Positions 1 through 9,313 of a DNA stretch of 64,000 bases are shown here, in pieces. Made by a program: the position numbers and the translations under genes. The first letter of the stretch is position 1; every line of letters starts with the position of its first letter. Where the stretch lies: the NCBI GenBank assembly GCA_963665275.2, contig CAXXIN010000018.1, positions 288,001 to 352,000 on the forward strand, given 5' to 3'. A model generated the notes under the pieces. That model searched no databases, was not told the DNA's origin, and saw nothing but the letters and a program-made list of their open reading frames with translations. This DNA comes from Negativicutes bacterium. GTDB lineage: Bacteria > Bacillota > Negativicutes > UBA1444.

Positions 1-917
1 TCTTTGCGCCTGGAATCTGTGACGATACCCGGGGACTTACTGCTAATCTCTCCGTGATTCGGGCGCTGCAGGCATCAGGGATTGAAACACAGGGCGATAT
101 TGTGTTTGCTGGCACTGTCAGGGAAGAAGGATTGGGTGGAATGTGGGGAATGAAGGCGATTTTGGCTGACAACCCAGATATCGCTGCGACCATTTCCATT
201 GACGGTTCCGGCTGCGATACCATTATTTATCAGGGAACTGGCATTCGAAATTTTGAAGTGACCTATACAGGTCCAGGCGGGCATGCTTACAGCGCTTTTG
301 GGACACCCAGCCCTTTGCATGCGGCAGCGAGAACCATTGCCAAACTGAGCGATATGCGACCACCCTCCACGCCCAAAACTACATTCACGGTAAGTTTGAT
401 TGAAGGCGGACATGCCATTCACGCTATCGCCCAAAAAGCTGCATTTAAAATCAATTTGCGCTCCGATGATCCCGTTGAGCTTGACAAGCTGCAAGCGCGG
501 GCTATTGCAATATTTGACGAAGGAGCTAGAGAGGAAAACGAGCGTTGGGGTTCATCGGTGATTACGGTAGAAGCCAAGATGATTCTGGATGTCCCGGCAG
601 GACTGCAAGCCGATGACTGTGGTATTGTCCAAGCTGCGTGGCAGGCAACGGAGTGTTTGGGAATCACCCCCAGGCTTGTTCCGGGAGGATGCACCAATAC
701 CAATATGCCGATCAGCATTGGAATACCGGCTGTGACACTCGGACGTGGCGGTAAGGAAGGTGGCGTGCACAGTTTGGGCGAATGGTTTGATCCGGAAGGA
801 ACCTTTCGTTGCCCGCAAAAATCATTTTTGTTGCTACTGGCCCTTGCGGGCGTAGTTGGCGTTTCATCAGGACTTAATCTTCGCGAGAGTTCCCGCGAAT
901 CCATTCAAGCGAACTGA
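1..917 (+). CDS. M20/M25/M40 family metallopeptidase, 5'-truncated by window edge
   Basis: Frame is open from position 3 (FAPGICDDTRG...), with the metal-binding motifs GTVREEG, IDG and C-terminal HSLGEW typical of M20 peptidases. Confidence 0.85.
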   Translation, partial: FAPGICDDTRGLTANLSVIRALQASGIETQGDIVFAGTVREEGLGGMWGMKAILADNPDIAATISIDGSGCDTIIYQGTGIRNFEVTYTGPGGHAYSAFGTPSPLHAAARTIAKLSDMRPPSTPKTTFTVSLIEGGHAIHAIAQKAAFKINLRSDDPVELDKLQARAIAIFDEGAREENERWGSSVITVEAKMILDVPAGLQADDCGIVQAAWQATECLGITPRLVPGGCTNTNMPISIGIPAVTLGRGGKEGGVHSLGEWFDPEGTFRCPQKSFLLLLALAGVVGVSSGLNLRESSRESIQAN

Positions 918-1175
918 TCGTATGGGCAGATGCCTCGTGCGTTGAAGTCAGTGAAGGTGAGATTGGCTACGAAGAGAATATTGAGGAAGAGAAACAGCGC
1001 ATCCGTTGCGGCATGCAAAAAAACAAGACGAAATATCTCGGCATTGCTGGTGACCGCGTGGAGCAATCAGATTGCGGATTGTTTTTATTCTCGGTCGATT
1101 TATCAGTAGTGCGAAACAAGTCTGTGCGCCGCTCTTGGGGAAAAGTCGATGAAGTTTTGGAAAGTTGGTGAAGTT

Positions 1176-2039
1176 ATGATGCGGCGCGGATCGTTATTGT
1201 TTACTTGTTTAACTTTAGTGCTGTTGCTGTCAGTGCCGACTTTAGCCAATGCTTGCACCCTCTGGGCTGCTGCCGGAGAAAGGGTTGCAGGCGGTGGTAC
1301 GATGATTCACAAGAATAGGGACTGGGCGCCGGATCACCAACAGGAACTCCGGCTTGTAACTCCTAAAAGCGGATTTCGGTATTTGAGCCTGTACACGACA
1401 GGAAATGACTGGGTGGGGACCAAAGCGGGCGTTAACAGCGAAGGGCTAGTGATCGTTACGGCTTCAGCCCCCAGCTACCTGGATAAAAAAGTGCATTTCC
1501 AGGGCAGAACCAATACCGCAACATTGTTGTCAAGGTATGCCAGTGTGAATGAGGCGATGAAGGCTTTGGAAGCGGATGAATGGAAATGCGGGCCCGAGTT
1601 TATCATCATGGCCGACAAAACTGAAATAGCCAGCATTGAGTTTGGCATCGACGGACAATATTCGGTAGTATCCAGGGAATCAAACGGCGTATCATTTCAC
1701 ACGAATCACTATATCAGCGACACGCTGGCCGGGCTTAATCCAACCAAAATCAGCGCAAGCAGCACAACACGGTATGCCAAGATTGCCGATTTACTGCAAT
1801 CGAAGTATGCGCTGGATATGAACGACAGCCAGGCGTTCAGCAAAAACCCAACACTGTGGAGGGTCGGCGCAACACCGACATCCGTTAGAACTTTGTCGGC
1901 CTGGACCGTACGACATTACAGTGACGGGCATTCCAAACTTTTTTTGACAATTGCTAACCCTGGAAGTGCAGAAATGTCGTATGAAATCCCCTTGGCTGAT
2001 GCTTTTGCCGGGAAGTACGACGTATCGACGGTACGGTAA
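1176..2039 (+). CDS. Secreted Ntn-hydrolase, C45 / isopenicillin-N acyltransferase (carcinine hydrolase)-like
   Basis: Signal peptide ending ANA directly followed by the N-terminal nucleophile CTLW; KNRD, GVNSEGL and HTNHY motifs. Start could be 1149. Confidence 0.8.
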   Translation: MMRRGSLLFTCLTLVLLLSVPTLANACTLWAAAGERVAGGGTMIHKNRDWAPDHQQELRLVTPKSGFRYLSLYTTGNDWVGTKAGVNSEGLVIVTASAPSYLDKKVHFQGRTNTATLLSRYASVNEAMKALEADEWKCGPEFIIMADKTEIASIEFGIDGQYSVVSRESNGVSFHTNHYISDTLAGLNPTKISASSTTRYAKIADLLQSKYALDMNDSQAFSKNPTLWRVGATPTSVRTLSAWTVRHYSDGHSKLFLTIANPGSAEMSYEIPLADAFAGKYDVSTVR

Positions 2040-2066
2040 GTTATTCACTGTATCAAAGGAGAAAGC

Positions 2067-3287
2067 GTGATCAATGCAAGTGCACCGGAACGATTATGGA
2101 CTAAAGATTACGTCATCGTTATGATTGCGTCTTCTGGAATCAGCTTTTGCAATTACTTTTTCTTTTCCACTCTGCCGATTTATGCGCAAAATTTGAGCGG
2201 TAGCGCTGTTTATGCCGGATTGGTGACCGGGGTATATACACTGGCGGCGATGATCATTCGTCCATTTTCAGGTATTCTTTCCGATCAGTTTGGCCGAACC
2301 AAGCTGCTTATTCTGGGCGCATTCATTTGTTCTATCGCCTGCGCTTTGTATAGCTTCGCTTCCGGCTTGATCCTATTAATCGCCGTTCGAGCATTAAACG
2401 GTATTGGGTTCGGTATCCACTCCACTTGTGCTGGAGCCGTGGCTGCTGATGTAATTCCCAAAGCGCGGATGACAGAAGGCCTTGGCTACTTTGGACTTTA
2501 TGGCACAATCGCGGCGGCGGTGGCTCCGGGAATCGCTCTTCTGATTATCGGGAGCGGGGAGCTCTGGCGGTTTCAAGTGTTGTTCGTTCTAGCAACGATG
2601 GTTTCATTTACCAGTATGATTTTTGACTGTTTTATTACTTATGAACGCAACAGTGAGAATAAATTAAACGGCGGGTTCATCAGTGCAGAGCAAATTCGCG
2701 GTGATGATGAGCTTCTGCCGAAAACCTGGCTGGGATTTGAATATGCCGTTTTCGTGCCGGCCGCCATTGTAACTCTGCTGCATGTCGCGCTAAGCAGCGT
2801 GACTTCTTTTTTAACTCTTTTTGCATTGGAAAGGGGCTTGGGCAATGTTGGATTGTTTTTTACTTTCAACGCGGCGGGATTGTTTTTATCCAGGCTGCTT
2901 TGCGGGAAAGTTGTTGATAGGCGTGGAACGGATATTGTTGTAATTCCCGCTATCCTTGTGTTGGCTATCTGTTTGGCATTGGTTCCATTTGTCGATTCTC
3001 TGGTCGGCCTGTACATCGTTTCTGTACCACTGGGGTTGGCGCAAGGAGCGGTAGTTCCAGCTATTTACGCGTTAATGTTCAATCGGTGTTCCCCGAAGCG
3101 GCGGGGAACTGTTTCCGCAGCTTTCTCTTCCGCAATTGATATCGGTTATGGCTTTGGGTCCATCACCTTTGGATTCATTGCTGCGGGGTTCAATTATTAT
3201 TTTGTATATTGGGGTGCGATGCTTTCTACCATTTCTGCATTGGTCATTTACTGGAAGGGCCTTGCGACTTGGAAAATGATAAGCTGA
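2067..3287 (+). CDS. MFS transporter
   Basis: About 12 hydrophobic segments; motif A GILSDQFGRTK; RBS AAGGAG before GTG. Confidence 0.9.
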   Translation: MINASAPERLWTKDYVIVMIASSGISFCNYFFFSTLPIYAQNLSGSAVYAGLVTGVYTLAAMIIRPFSGILSDQFGRTKLLILGAFICSIACALYSFASGLILLIAVRALNGIGFGIHSTCAGAVAADVIPKARMTEGLGYFGLYGTIAAAVAPGIALLIIGSGELWRFQVLFVLATMVSFTSMIFDCFITYERNSENKLNGGFISAEQIRGDDELLPKTWLGFEYAVFVPAAIVTLLHVALSSVTSFLTLFALERGLGNVGLFFTFNAAGLFLSRLLCGKVVDRRGTDIVVIPAILVLAICLALVPFVDSLVGLYIVSVPLGLAQGAVVPAIYALMFNRCSPKRRGTVSAAFSSAIDIGYGFGSITFGFIAAGFNYYFVYWGAMLSTISALVIYWKGLATWKMIS

Positions 3288-3595
3288 TTACCCTCAATGA
3301 TAACAACCACTTCGTGATACGACGAGGCGACGCACATCATAGCAGCTTTTCGCCTGTTGTTCCTTGCAGTGCAATAAGCCGTTACCATCCTCATACAATA
3401 AAAGGGTTTTCCAATTTTATGCTGAATAATTATTTTAACTGAGGAGGTGTGCTATGGACAAGGGAATAAAATTTGCAGTTTTATTCAAACGTGCTTGTTC
3501 CCGGCCAAAATCTTCTCGAAGAAATCGGCGATGATCTGAAAAATGTTTATAGTTTGGTGAGATGAAAGCACAGCACCTCAAGCGGGAGCAGTTAG

Positions 3596-4672
3596 ATGAA
3601 CTACAAGACCATGATCGTCTATTACTTAACTGGAACAGGAAATTCGTACCGCGCCGCGTGTTGGATGATTGAGCAGGCAATGGTATGCGCCTTGAGCGCC
3701 AGAGCGATTGCTGCGGAAACGGCCCAACCGGAGAAGGAACTACAAGCAGGGCCAACGCATCTACTCGGGTTGGTATTTCCGGTTCACGGCTTTACCGCTC
3801 CGTGGCATGTCATTCGATTCGTACTAGCGTTGCCGCGGCAGGATGAAATGCATGCTTTCGTGGCTGTACCGCGTGGAGCGACGAAGATTGGCCGTTCGCG
3901 TGTGTTTCCCGGTCTGGAGGGAACGGCAGGTTATTTGGTCGCACTGATACTGGTGCTTAAAGGATATTCCGTCCGGGGTGTGACTGGCCTTGATATGCCG
4001 TCTAATTGGATGTCTCTGCACTCTTCGCTCAGTTCTGTCAATGTCGCGTTTGTCCTGGATAAGGCGAAGGCGCAAACTAGGCAACTTCTTGAAAAAATCT
4101 TGTCGGGTAAATTTTATTTCAATGGCATCTTTTGCCTGATGGTTGGTTTGGTACTGGCGCCGCTTTCAATACTCTACATGGCGCTGGGACGTTTCTGGCT
4201 GTCTAAGTTGTTCTTCGTTTCCAACGCCTGCACTGGGTGTGGTGTTTGCGTACAGAACTGCCCCATAGGCGCGGTCGTCATGCGTGGGAGCAAGAAACCC
4301 CGCCCTTATTGGAAATTCTCCTGCGAAAGCTGTATGCGATGTATGGGATATTGTCCGGAGAACGCTGTGGAGTCAGGCCATTCGCTGGGTGCGTTATTCT
4401 ATTTTGTGGCCACGATACCTGCTGCAACCTGGCTGTTCAATCAAGCGACAAGACTTCTACCAGGGACCGAATGGACACAGACGGACTGGACATGCGATGC
4501 AGTGCAGTATCTGTACATCTTATTTTCATTGTGGCTGAGTTATTACGTGTTTCACTGGCTGATAAAAATTCCTCTGATCAACTGGTTGTTTACCTGGACA
4601 ACACTGACTCATTCATATGACAGGTATCATGAACCGGGAACGAAAACAGGAAACTTCAAGAGTATGTACTGA
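3596..4672 (+). CDS. EFR1 family ferredoxin (flavodoxin-like N-terminus, two 4Fe-4S motifs, membrane segments)
   Basis: TGTGNS flavodoxin loop; CTGCGVCVQNCP and CESCMRCMGYCP. Confidence 0.85.
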   Translation: MNYKTMIVYYLTGTGNSYRAACWMIEQAMVCALSARAIAAETAQPEKELQAGPTHLLGLVFPVHGFTAPWHVIRFVLALPRQDEMHAFVAVPRGATKIGRSRVFPGLEGTAGYLVALILVLKGYSVRGVTGLDMPSNWMSLHSSLSSVNVAFVLDKAKAQTRQLLEKILSGKFYFNGIFCLMVGLVLAPLSILYMALGRFWLSKLFFVSNACTGCGVCVQNCPIGAVVMRGSKKPRPYWKFSCESCMRCMGYCPENAVESGHSLGALFYFVATIPAATWLFNQATRLLPGTEWTQTDWTCDAVQYLYILFSLWLSYYVFHWLIKIPLINWLFTWTTLTHSYDRYHEPGTKTGNFKSMY

Positions 4673-4699
4673 ACCATTAAAAATGGACATTGAGAAAAA

Positions 4700-4738
4700 A
4701 GAACCTCCTGTCATAGTTATCCTACGACAGGAGGTTCT
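4700..4738. promoter_or_regulatory. 13-bp perfect inverted repeat upstream of the GNAT gene (terminator or RBS-sequestering hairpin)
   Basis: AGAACCTCCTGTC (4700-4712) / GACAGGAGGTTCT (4726-4738). The T-tract follows only on the minus strand, and the right arm contains AGGAGG. Confidence 0.6.
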
Positions 4739-4824
4739 ACCGCATGTACTGTTTTTTTGCGATTTTTGACGGGCAGCCGTATTCACAAAAAACAAATCAC
4801 AACAACCAACTAAGGGAGTAATGA

Positions 4825-5376
4825 ATGATGAAAGCGGAACAAGAAACGCAGATTACTTTGGCTTTGGCACAGCAATCTGATTTGCCGGATTTCAGAAGAA
4901 ATTTGCAAGAAGCCTTTGCCATTGCTGTAATTGAAACATTCGGCGATCACGATTATGGTGCGATCCCTTCAGATCGAGAGGTTCAAGAGTCTTTCGATGC
5001 GCCTGGAGCAGTAGTGTACCACCTTCTTCACGAGGACAAGAAAGTTGGCGGCGTCGTTTTGCGTATCGACAGCGAAACACACCGTAATTCACTTGATTTA
5101 TTTTTTGTTTCTCCAGAACAGCACAACCAAGGAATTGGAGTTGCCGCCTGGAATGCTGTTGAAGCACAGTACCCGGATACAGTGGCATGGGAAACCATAA
5201 CGCCTTATTTCGAAAAGCGGAACATCAATTTCTATGTGAATAAGTGCGGATTTCACATTGTTGAGTTTTTCAATCAACATCATTCTGCTCCACATATGCA
5301 TCGCCCTGAATTTGAAAATAACCTGCCCTTGCCGGAAGACGTGGGTTTTTTTCGCTTTGAAAAAATAATGAAATAA
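4825..5376 (+). CDS. GNAT family N-acetyltransferase
   Basis: Acetyl-CoA motif FVSPEQHNQGIG and NINFYVNKCGF. Confidence 0.85.
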   Translation: MMKAEQETQITLALAQQSDLPDFRRNLQEAFAIAVIETFGDHDYGAIPSDREVQESFDAPGAVVYHLLHEDKKVGGVVLRIDSETHRNSLDLFFVSPEQHNQGIGVAAWNAVEAQYPDTVAWETITPYFEKRNINFYVNKCGFHIVEFFNQHHSAPHMHRPEFENNLPLPEDVGFFRFEKIMK

Positions 5377-5390
5377 AGGAGGCAACGTCT

Positions 5391-5581
5391 ATGAATGAAG
5401 CGATCAAGGTCGAAATCGACAAAGCTGTACGCGCCATCAAACAGAGCATGCAACTGCAAAAAATCTATCTGTTTGCTTCTCATGCTGTTTATGCGTTGTT
5501 GCCTCGCTACATGGCATGAGGAAAATTGAGGCCCTGCGCAAAATGCGTAGAGCCATGATGAATGAAGTAAAGTGGCTTTGA
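5391..5581 (+). pseudogene. Minimal nucleotidyltransferase (MNT) remnant
   Basis: RBS AAGGAGG, then MNEAIKVEIDKAVRAIKQSMQLQKIYLFASHA, resembling the MNT KIYLFGSxA motif. It continues in another frame as LCVVASLHGMRKIEALRKMRRAM; the DSDxD segment is missing. Confidence 0.6.
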
Positions 5582-5597
5582 ATATACAGCGCTACGC

Positions 5598-6383
5598 TTA
5601 CGCGCGAACATGAGTGGCGCCTTCCCTGGCCGAGCTAACATGGCCAATTATCGTCGCGGTGTCAATTCCCTGCTTTTTCAACATTTCCACCAGTGCGTCG
5701 GCTTCGCTGGCAGGCAAACTGAAGAGCAATCCGCCGGAGGTCTGGGGATCATAGCAGATGTCGCGGACGTTCTCAGGCACAGCTGCATCAAAGGTTACTC
5801 GGGTCACATATTCCCGATTGGCGTATGCACCGGCAGGAACCAGTCCCAGCGTTGCGGCGTCGACCGCTTCCGGCAGAAGGGGAAGCGAAGGGCTATACAG
5901 TTCTATGCGAACATTGCTGGCCTTGGCCATTTCATAGGTGTGGCAGAGGAGTCCAAATCCGGTAATATCGGTACAAGCATGACTGGGAAACGCAACTGCC
6001 ACTTCGGCAGCTGTTTTGTTTAACAGCGTCATGCTATGGATGGCTGCAGTCACGCCGGTTGCGAACATTTCCGCTTTGGCGGCTGTGGACAGAATGCCTG
6101 TACCCAACGCTTTCGTCAAAATGAGCGTATCGCCTACCTTAGCTCCCGCATTCGCCCAAACCACTGATGGGTGAACGAGACCGGCGATACTGAGGCCATA
6201 CTTCGGTTCAGGGTTTTCTACGGTGTGCCCGCCGACAATAATAGCACCTGCCTCGGCTAATTTCGCATAACCGCCGCGAAGAATTTCCACCAATACTTCC
6301 GGGCCAAGAACGCAGATGTGGTAGCAGACAATATTCAACGCAGTCATGGGTTTGCCGCCTATGGCATAAATGTCGCTGAGGCT
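5598..6383 (-). pseudogene. selD: Selenide, water dikinase, 5'-deleted
   Basis: SLSDIYAIGGKP, VGGHTV, LTKALGTG, TDITGFGL and DPQTSGGLL are SelD motifs. Homology stops at 6383, and the N-terminal Cys/Sec-Lys catalytic region is absent. Confidence 0.85.
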
Positions 6384-6627
6384 GATCAGGCGGACGCAAT
6401 GGAGATAGAGTATAGCCAAAACTACTACACAGGAGCCTATGGGACGCCGGCACAGATTGCGCGCCGCGCAAAGCACTAGAACAAGGCGTCTAGAAAGCTC
6501 TTTACAAATAAACGCATAGATTATTGATGTTATTTGTTCGCCTGATGATCTCTATTTACAGCGCTCTTTTCATCGGCTATACTGATACCAAGATATACAA
6601 GCAACAAGGCGATGTAAATTGCCATAG

Positions 6628-6683
6628 ATACAAAGAAGTATCAATTAACCGTGCCGGTGCGGATAGTTGATACTTCTTTGTAT
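6628..6683. repeat. Long inverted repeat/hairpin upstream of the HEPN-like gene
   Basis: ATACAAAGAAGTATCAA (6628-6644) / TTGATACTTCTTTGTAT (6667-6683), 17-bp perfect arms, immediately followed by TATAAT. Confidence 0.75.
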
Positions 6684-6702
6684 TATAATGAAGGAGTGAA
6701 TA

Positions 6703-7137
6703 ATGATGGTGGATATCACGAACAACGAGACTTATTTGGAACTGTTTCAAACCGATTTCCAATCGGCACAGGGGTACCATCGTCGGGCGGAAAAGTTTTC
6801 ACATTCAGGACGACCTTCCAATTTAGTGTTCAATATCGCATCCATGGCTCTCGAACGTTATTTGGTAGCTCTGTGCGATTTATATGGCATAGCGCCGGAA
6901 AACCATAATTATGCCTGTCTGATGGATGCTGCGGAAACAGTTTTTGACTTCACCTCTATAATGAATCAGGATATTCGATCATTGGATGACATTTTTGGAA
7001 TCTGTTCTCTCGAGGTCAATCCCCATGGAGATCCGAAGGCTTCGGATGCAACCAATATCCTTGCTCTGTGCGGGGAAGTGCAGAAAATTTTAGACACAGA
7101 TGAAAGAGCGGGTCAAGTGACCCAAAAGTCAGCATAA
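6703..7137 (+). CDS. HEPN domain-like protein
   Basis: RBS AAGGAG; helical pattern FNIASMALERYLVAL...HNYACL matches the HEPN N-terminal signature (A-x-E-x-x-L-x-A...H-x-x). Confidence 0.6.
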   Translation: MMVDITNNETYLELFQTDFQSAQGYHRRAEKFSHSGRPSNLVFNIASMALERYLVALCDLYGIAPENHNYACLMDAAETVFDFTSIMNQDIRSLDDIFGICSLEVNPHGDPKASDATNILALCGEVQKILDTDERAGQVTQKSA

Positions 7138-7227
7138 TAGGTTGGCGTTATAATCGGCGCAGCGTTACCTTTTCCCGAGCGATACGTTTAATCAGATGAT
7201 TCTACAATAGATAAGGGGGTCCATTCT

Positions 7228-7950
7228 ATGAAACGTATTCTAAGGGTACTCCTGGTTTTAACTTTGCTGGTTGGATCAATGACATCAAGTTATGCCGCCG
7301 CTGCTGACAAGAACCTTGCTACCATCAGCGTGACGGGAAATGCCAAAATAGCTATAACACCTAATGTGGCATATTTGAATCTTGGTGTTACAACAACAGG
7401 CGCCGATGTCGAGCCGACTCGTACTGAAAATGAAAGTATTATGAGAAGAGTTATTGAGGGGCTTATTGCCCAGGGCGTTGATCGGAAAATGATAACCACT
7501 TCGCAGTTTTCCCTTCAACCTCTGTATAACAATGAAGGTCGTGACACTGTCCAGCGGATTAGCGGCTATCGTCTGCAAAACAATGTGACGGTAGCGATTG
7601 AAGAGCTGTCGTCTATTGGTACGGTGATTGATGCCGCATTTCGGGCTGGGGCCAATCAATTTCATGGACTTCGGTTTGGCCTGAAAAATGACAGCAATCT
7701 TAGGGATGAACTACTGCGTAAAGCTGTCCAGGATGGTCGGCGCAAAGCACTAATTATTGCCGATGCTCTGGATGTGACGTTGGGGAACCCTGTGTCTGTA
7801 TCCGAAGCAGGCGGATATGCGCCCATGCAAGCCGATTCGTATCAGATGATGAAGACTGCAACCGGTGCGCCGATCGAGGCCGGGATGCAAACGGTGAGTT
7901 TGGATGTCAATTTGGTTTTCAATATAGCGGAATCGAATTCAGCGAAGTAA
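7228..7950 (+). CDS. SIMPL domain (DUF541) exported protein
   Basis: Signal peptide; TISVTGNAKIAITP, GYRLQNNVTV, AGANQ, A..DG..KA..IA pattern. Confidence 0.9.
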   Translation: MKRILRVLLVLTLLVGSMTSSYAAAADKNLATISVTGNAKIAITPNVAYLNLGVTTTGADVEPTRTENESIMRRVIEGLIAQGVDRKMITTSQFSLQPLYNNEGRDTVQRISGYRLQNNVTVAIEELSSIGTVIDAAFRAGANQFHGLRFGLKNDSNLRDELLRKAVQDGRRKALIIADALDVTLGNPVSVSEAGGYAPMQADSYQMMKTATGAPIEAGMQTVSLDVNLVFNIAESNSAK

Positions 7951-7986
7951 ATAGTTGTTGATAGGTCAATGACATGAAGACGCTGG

Positions 7987-8018
7987 AAAGTGGCGCTGCC
8001 TTGTGAGTGCCATTTTTC
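7987..8018 (+). terminator. Probable intrinsic terminator after the SIMPL gene
   Basis: AAAGTGGCGCT...AGTGCCATTTTT stem (with G-U pairs) followed by T-run. Confidence 0.5.
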
Positions 8019-8166
8019 TATGAAGTGAATACAAAGTCTGAATACTCATTGCAGGATGTTGTTTGATTAAGATTGAACTATACAATAGATAATCGATAGG
8101 CTGCTAATTGCGAAATAATACTGCCAAAGAATAGAGCAAAATATATTATGAAAATGAGGGAAGCGA

Positions 8167-9231
8167 ATGGGCCCAGATCAGACATCTGAGGAGAAAGAGC
8201 ACAAACATCAACGGCGTGTTCGATATAAAGGCACTCACCCCAAGGCTTTTAAAGAAAAATATAAAGAACTGCGACCAGAGCAATATGCCGATGCTGTCGC
8301 CAAGGTGATTCAGAAGGGCAGCACTCCTGCCGGGATGCATCTTTCAATTTGCGTTAACGAAATCTTGGAATTGCTACAAATTACACCGGGACAAACCGGA
8401 TTGGACGCAACCTTGGGTTATGGCGGCCATGCGCTAGAGATGCTAAAATGTTTAAATTCAAAGGGGCATCTGTATGCAATTGATGTAGATCCTCTTGAAC
8501 TACCTCGTACCCAAGAACGGTTGGAGCGGTTGGGTTATGGCTCTGATATTTTAGAGATCAGACAAATGAACTTTTCTCAGATCGATCAAATTGCTGTCGA
8601 GGCGGGGCCCTTCAATTTTGTATTGGCAGATTTGGGCGTTTCCTCTATGCAAATAGACAATCCTGACAGAGGTTTTTCATTTCGATCTGAAGGTCCATTG
8701 GACTTGCGGCTTAATCCGCAAATGGGCAGTACTGCAGCAAATCGTTTAAAGAAAATGTCACTGGATGAATTACAGGATATGTTGGTCGAGAATGCGGATG
8801 AGCCTCATGCTGGAACCATTGCTCGCGCCATTATTTCATACCTTCAGCACGGAATCAGTATATCGACAACAACACAACTCCGAAATATCATCAAAGATGC
8901 GCTGAAATTTGTTCCCCAAATCAGTGCAGATGAGATAAAAAAATCCTGTCAACGAACCTTTCAAGCTCTACGGATCGATATCAACAAGGAATTTGAAGTT
9001 TTGGATGAATTTTTAGAGAAACTTCCTGATGTCATGGCTACGGGTGGACGTGTTGCGATACTTACATTTCATTCAGGAGAAGATCGTCGCGTCAAAAAAT
9101 CTTTTAAATATTTTTTGCGTGAAGGAGTATATCGTGAAATTGCGCCTGATCCAATCCGCCCATCGGCTGAAGAATGTCATGCCAATAGCCGTGCGCGTTC
9201 TGCTAAATTGCGGTGGGCAATCAAAGCATAA
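8167..9231 (+). CDS. rsmH: 16S rRNA m4C1402 methyltransferase RsmH-family paralog
   Basis: DATLGYGGH, DLGVSSMQID...RGFSF, GPLDLR, TFQALRI, FHSGEDR, RARSAKLR. Extra basic N-terminus; not in mraZ/dcw context. Confidence 0.85.
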   Translation: MGPDQTSEEKEHKHQRRVRYKGTHPKAFKEKYKELRPEQYADAVAKVIQKGSTPAGMHLSICVNEILELLQITPGQTGLDATLGYGGHALEMLKCLNSKGHLYAIDVDPLELPRTQERLERLGYGSDILEIRQMNFSQIDQIAVEAGPFNFVLADLGVSSMQIDNPDRGFSFRSEGPLDLRLNPQMGSTAANRLKKMSLDELQDMLVENADEPHAGTIARAIISYLQHGISISTTTQLRNIIKDALKFVPQISADEIKKSCQRTFQALRIDINKEFEVLDEFLEKLPDVMATGGRVAILTFHSGEDRRVKKSFKYFLREGVYREIAPDPIRPSAEECHANSRARSAKLRWAIKA

Positions 9232-9313
9232 ATATTGACATCATAGCGGAAAGCAATATTTTAGTAATAAATATTTTGATAGGATTTCTGCGGCAGGATA
9301 ATGCCGAGTTTGC

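Noticed and set aside
880-1171. Start-less open frame (…EVSEGEIGYEENIEEEKQRIRCG…) between the M20 and C45 genes
   Set aside because: No RBS or start and no recognisable family; possibly a remnant, but unsupported.
6384-6600. Sec (TGA)-containing N-terminus of selD
   Set aside because: No SelD-like sequence is recognisable upstream of 6383 on the minus strand, so this is a deletion rather than recoding.
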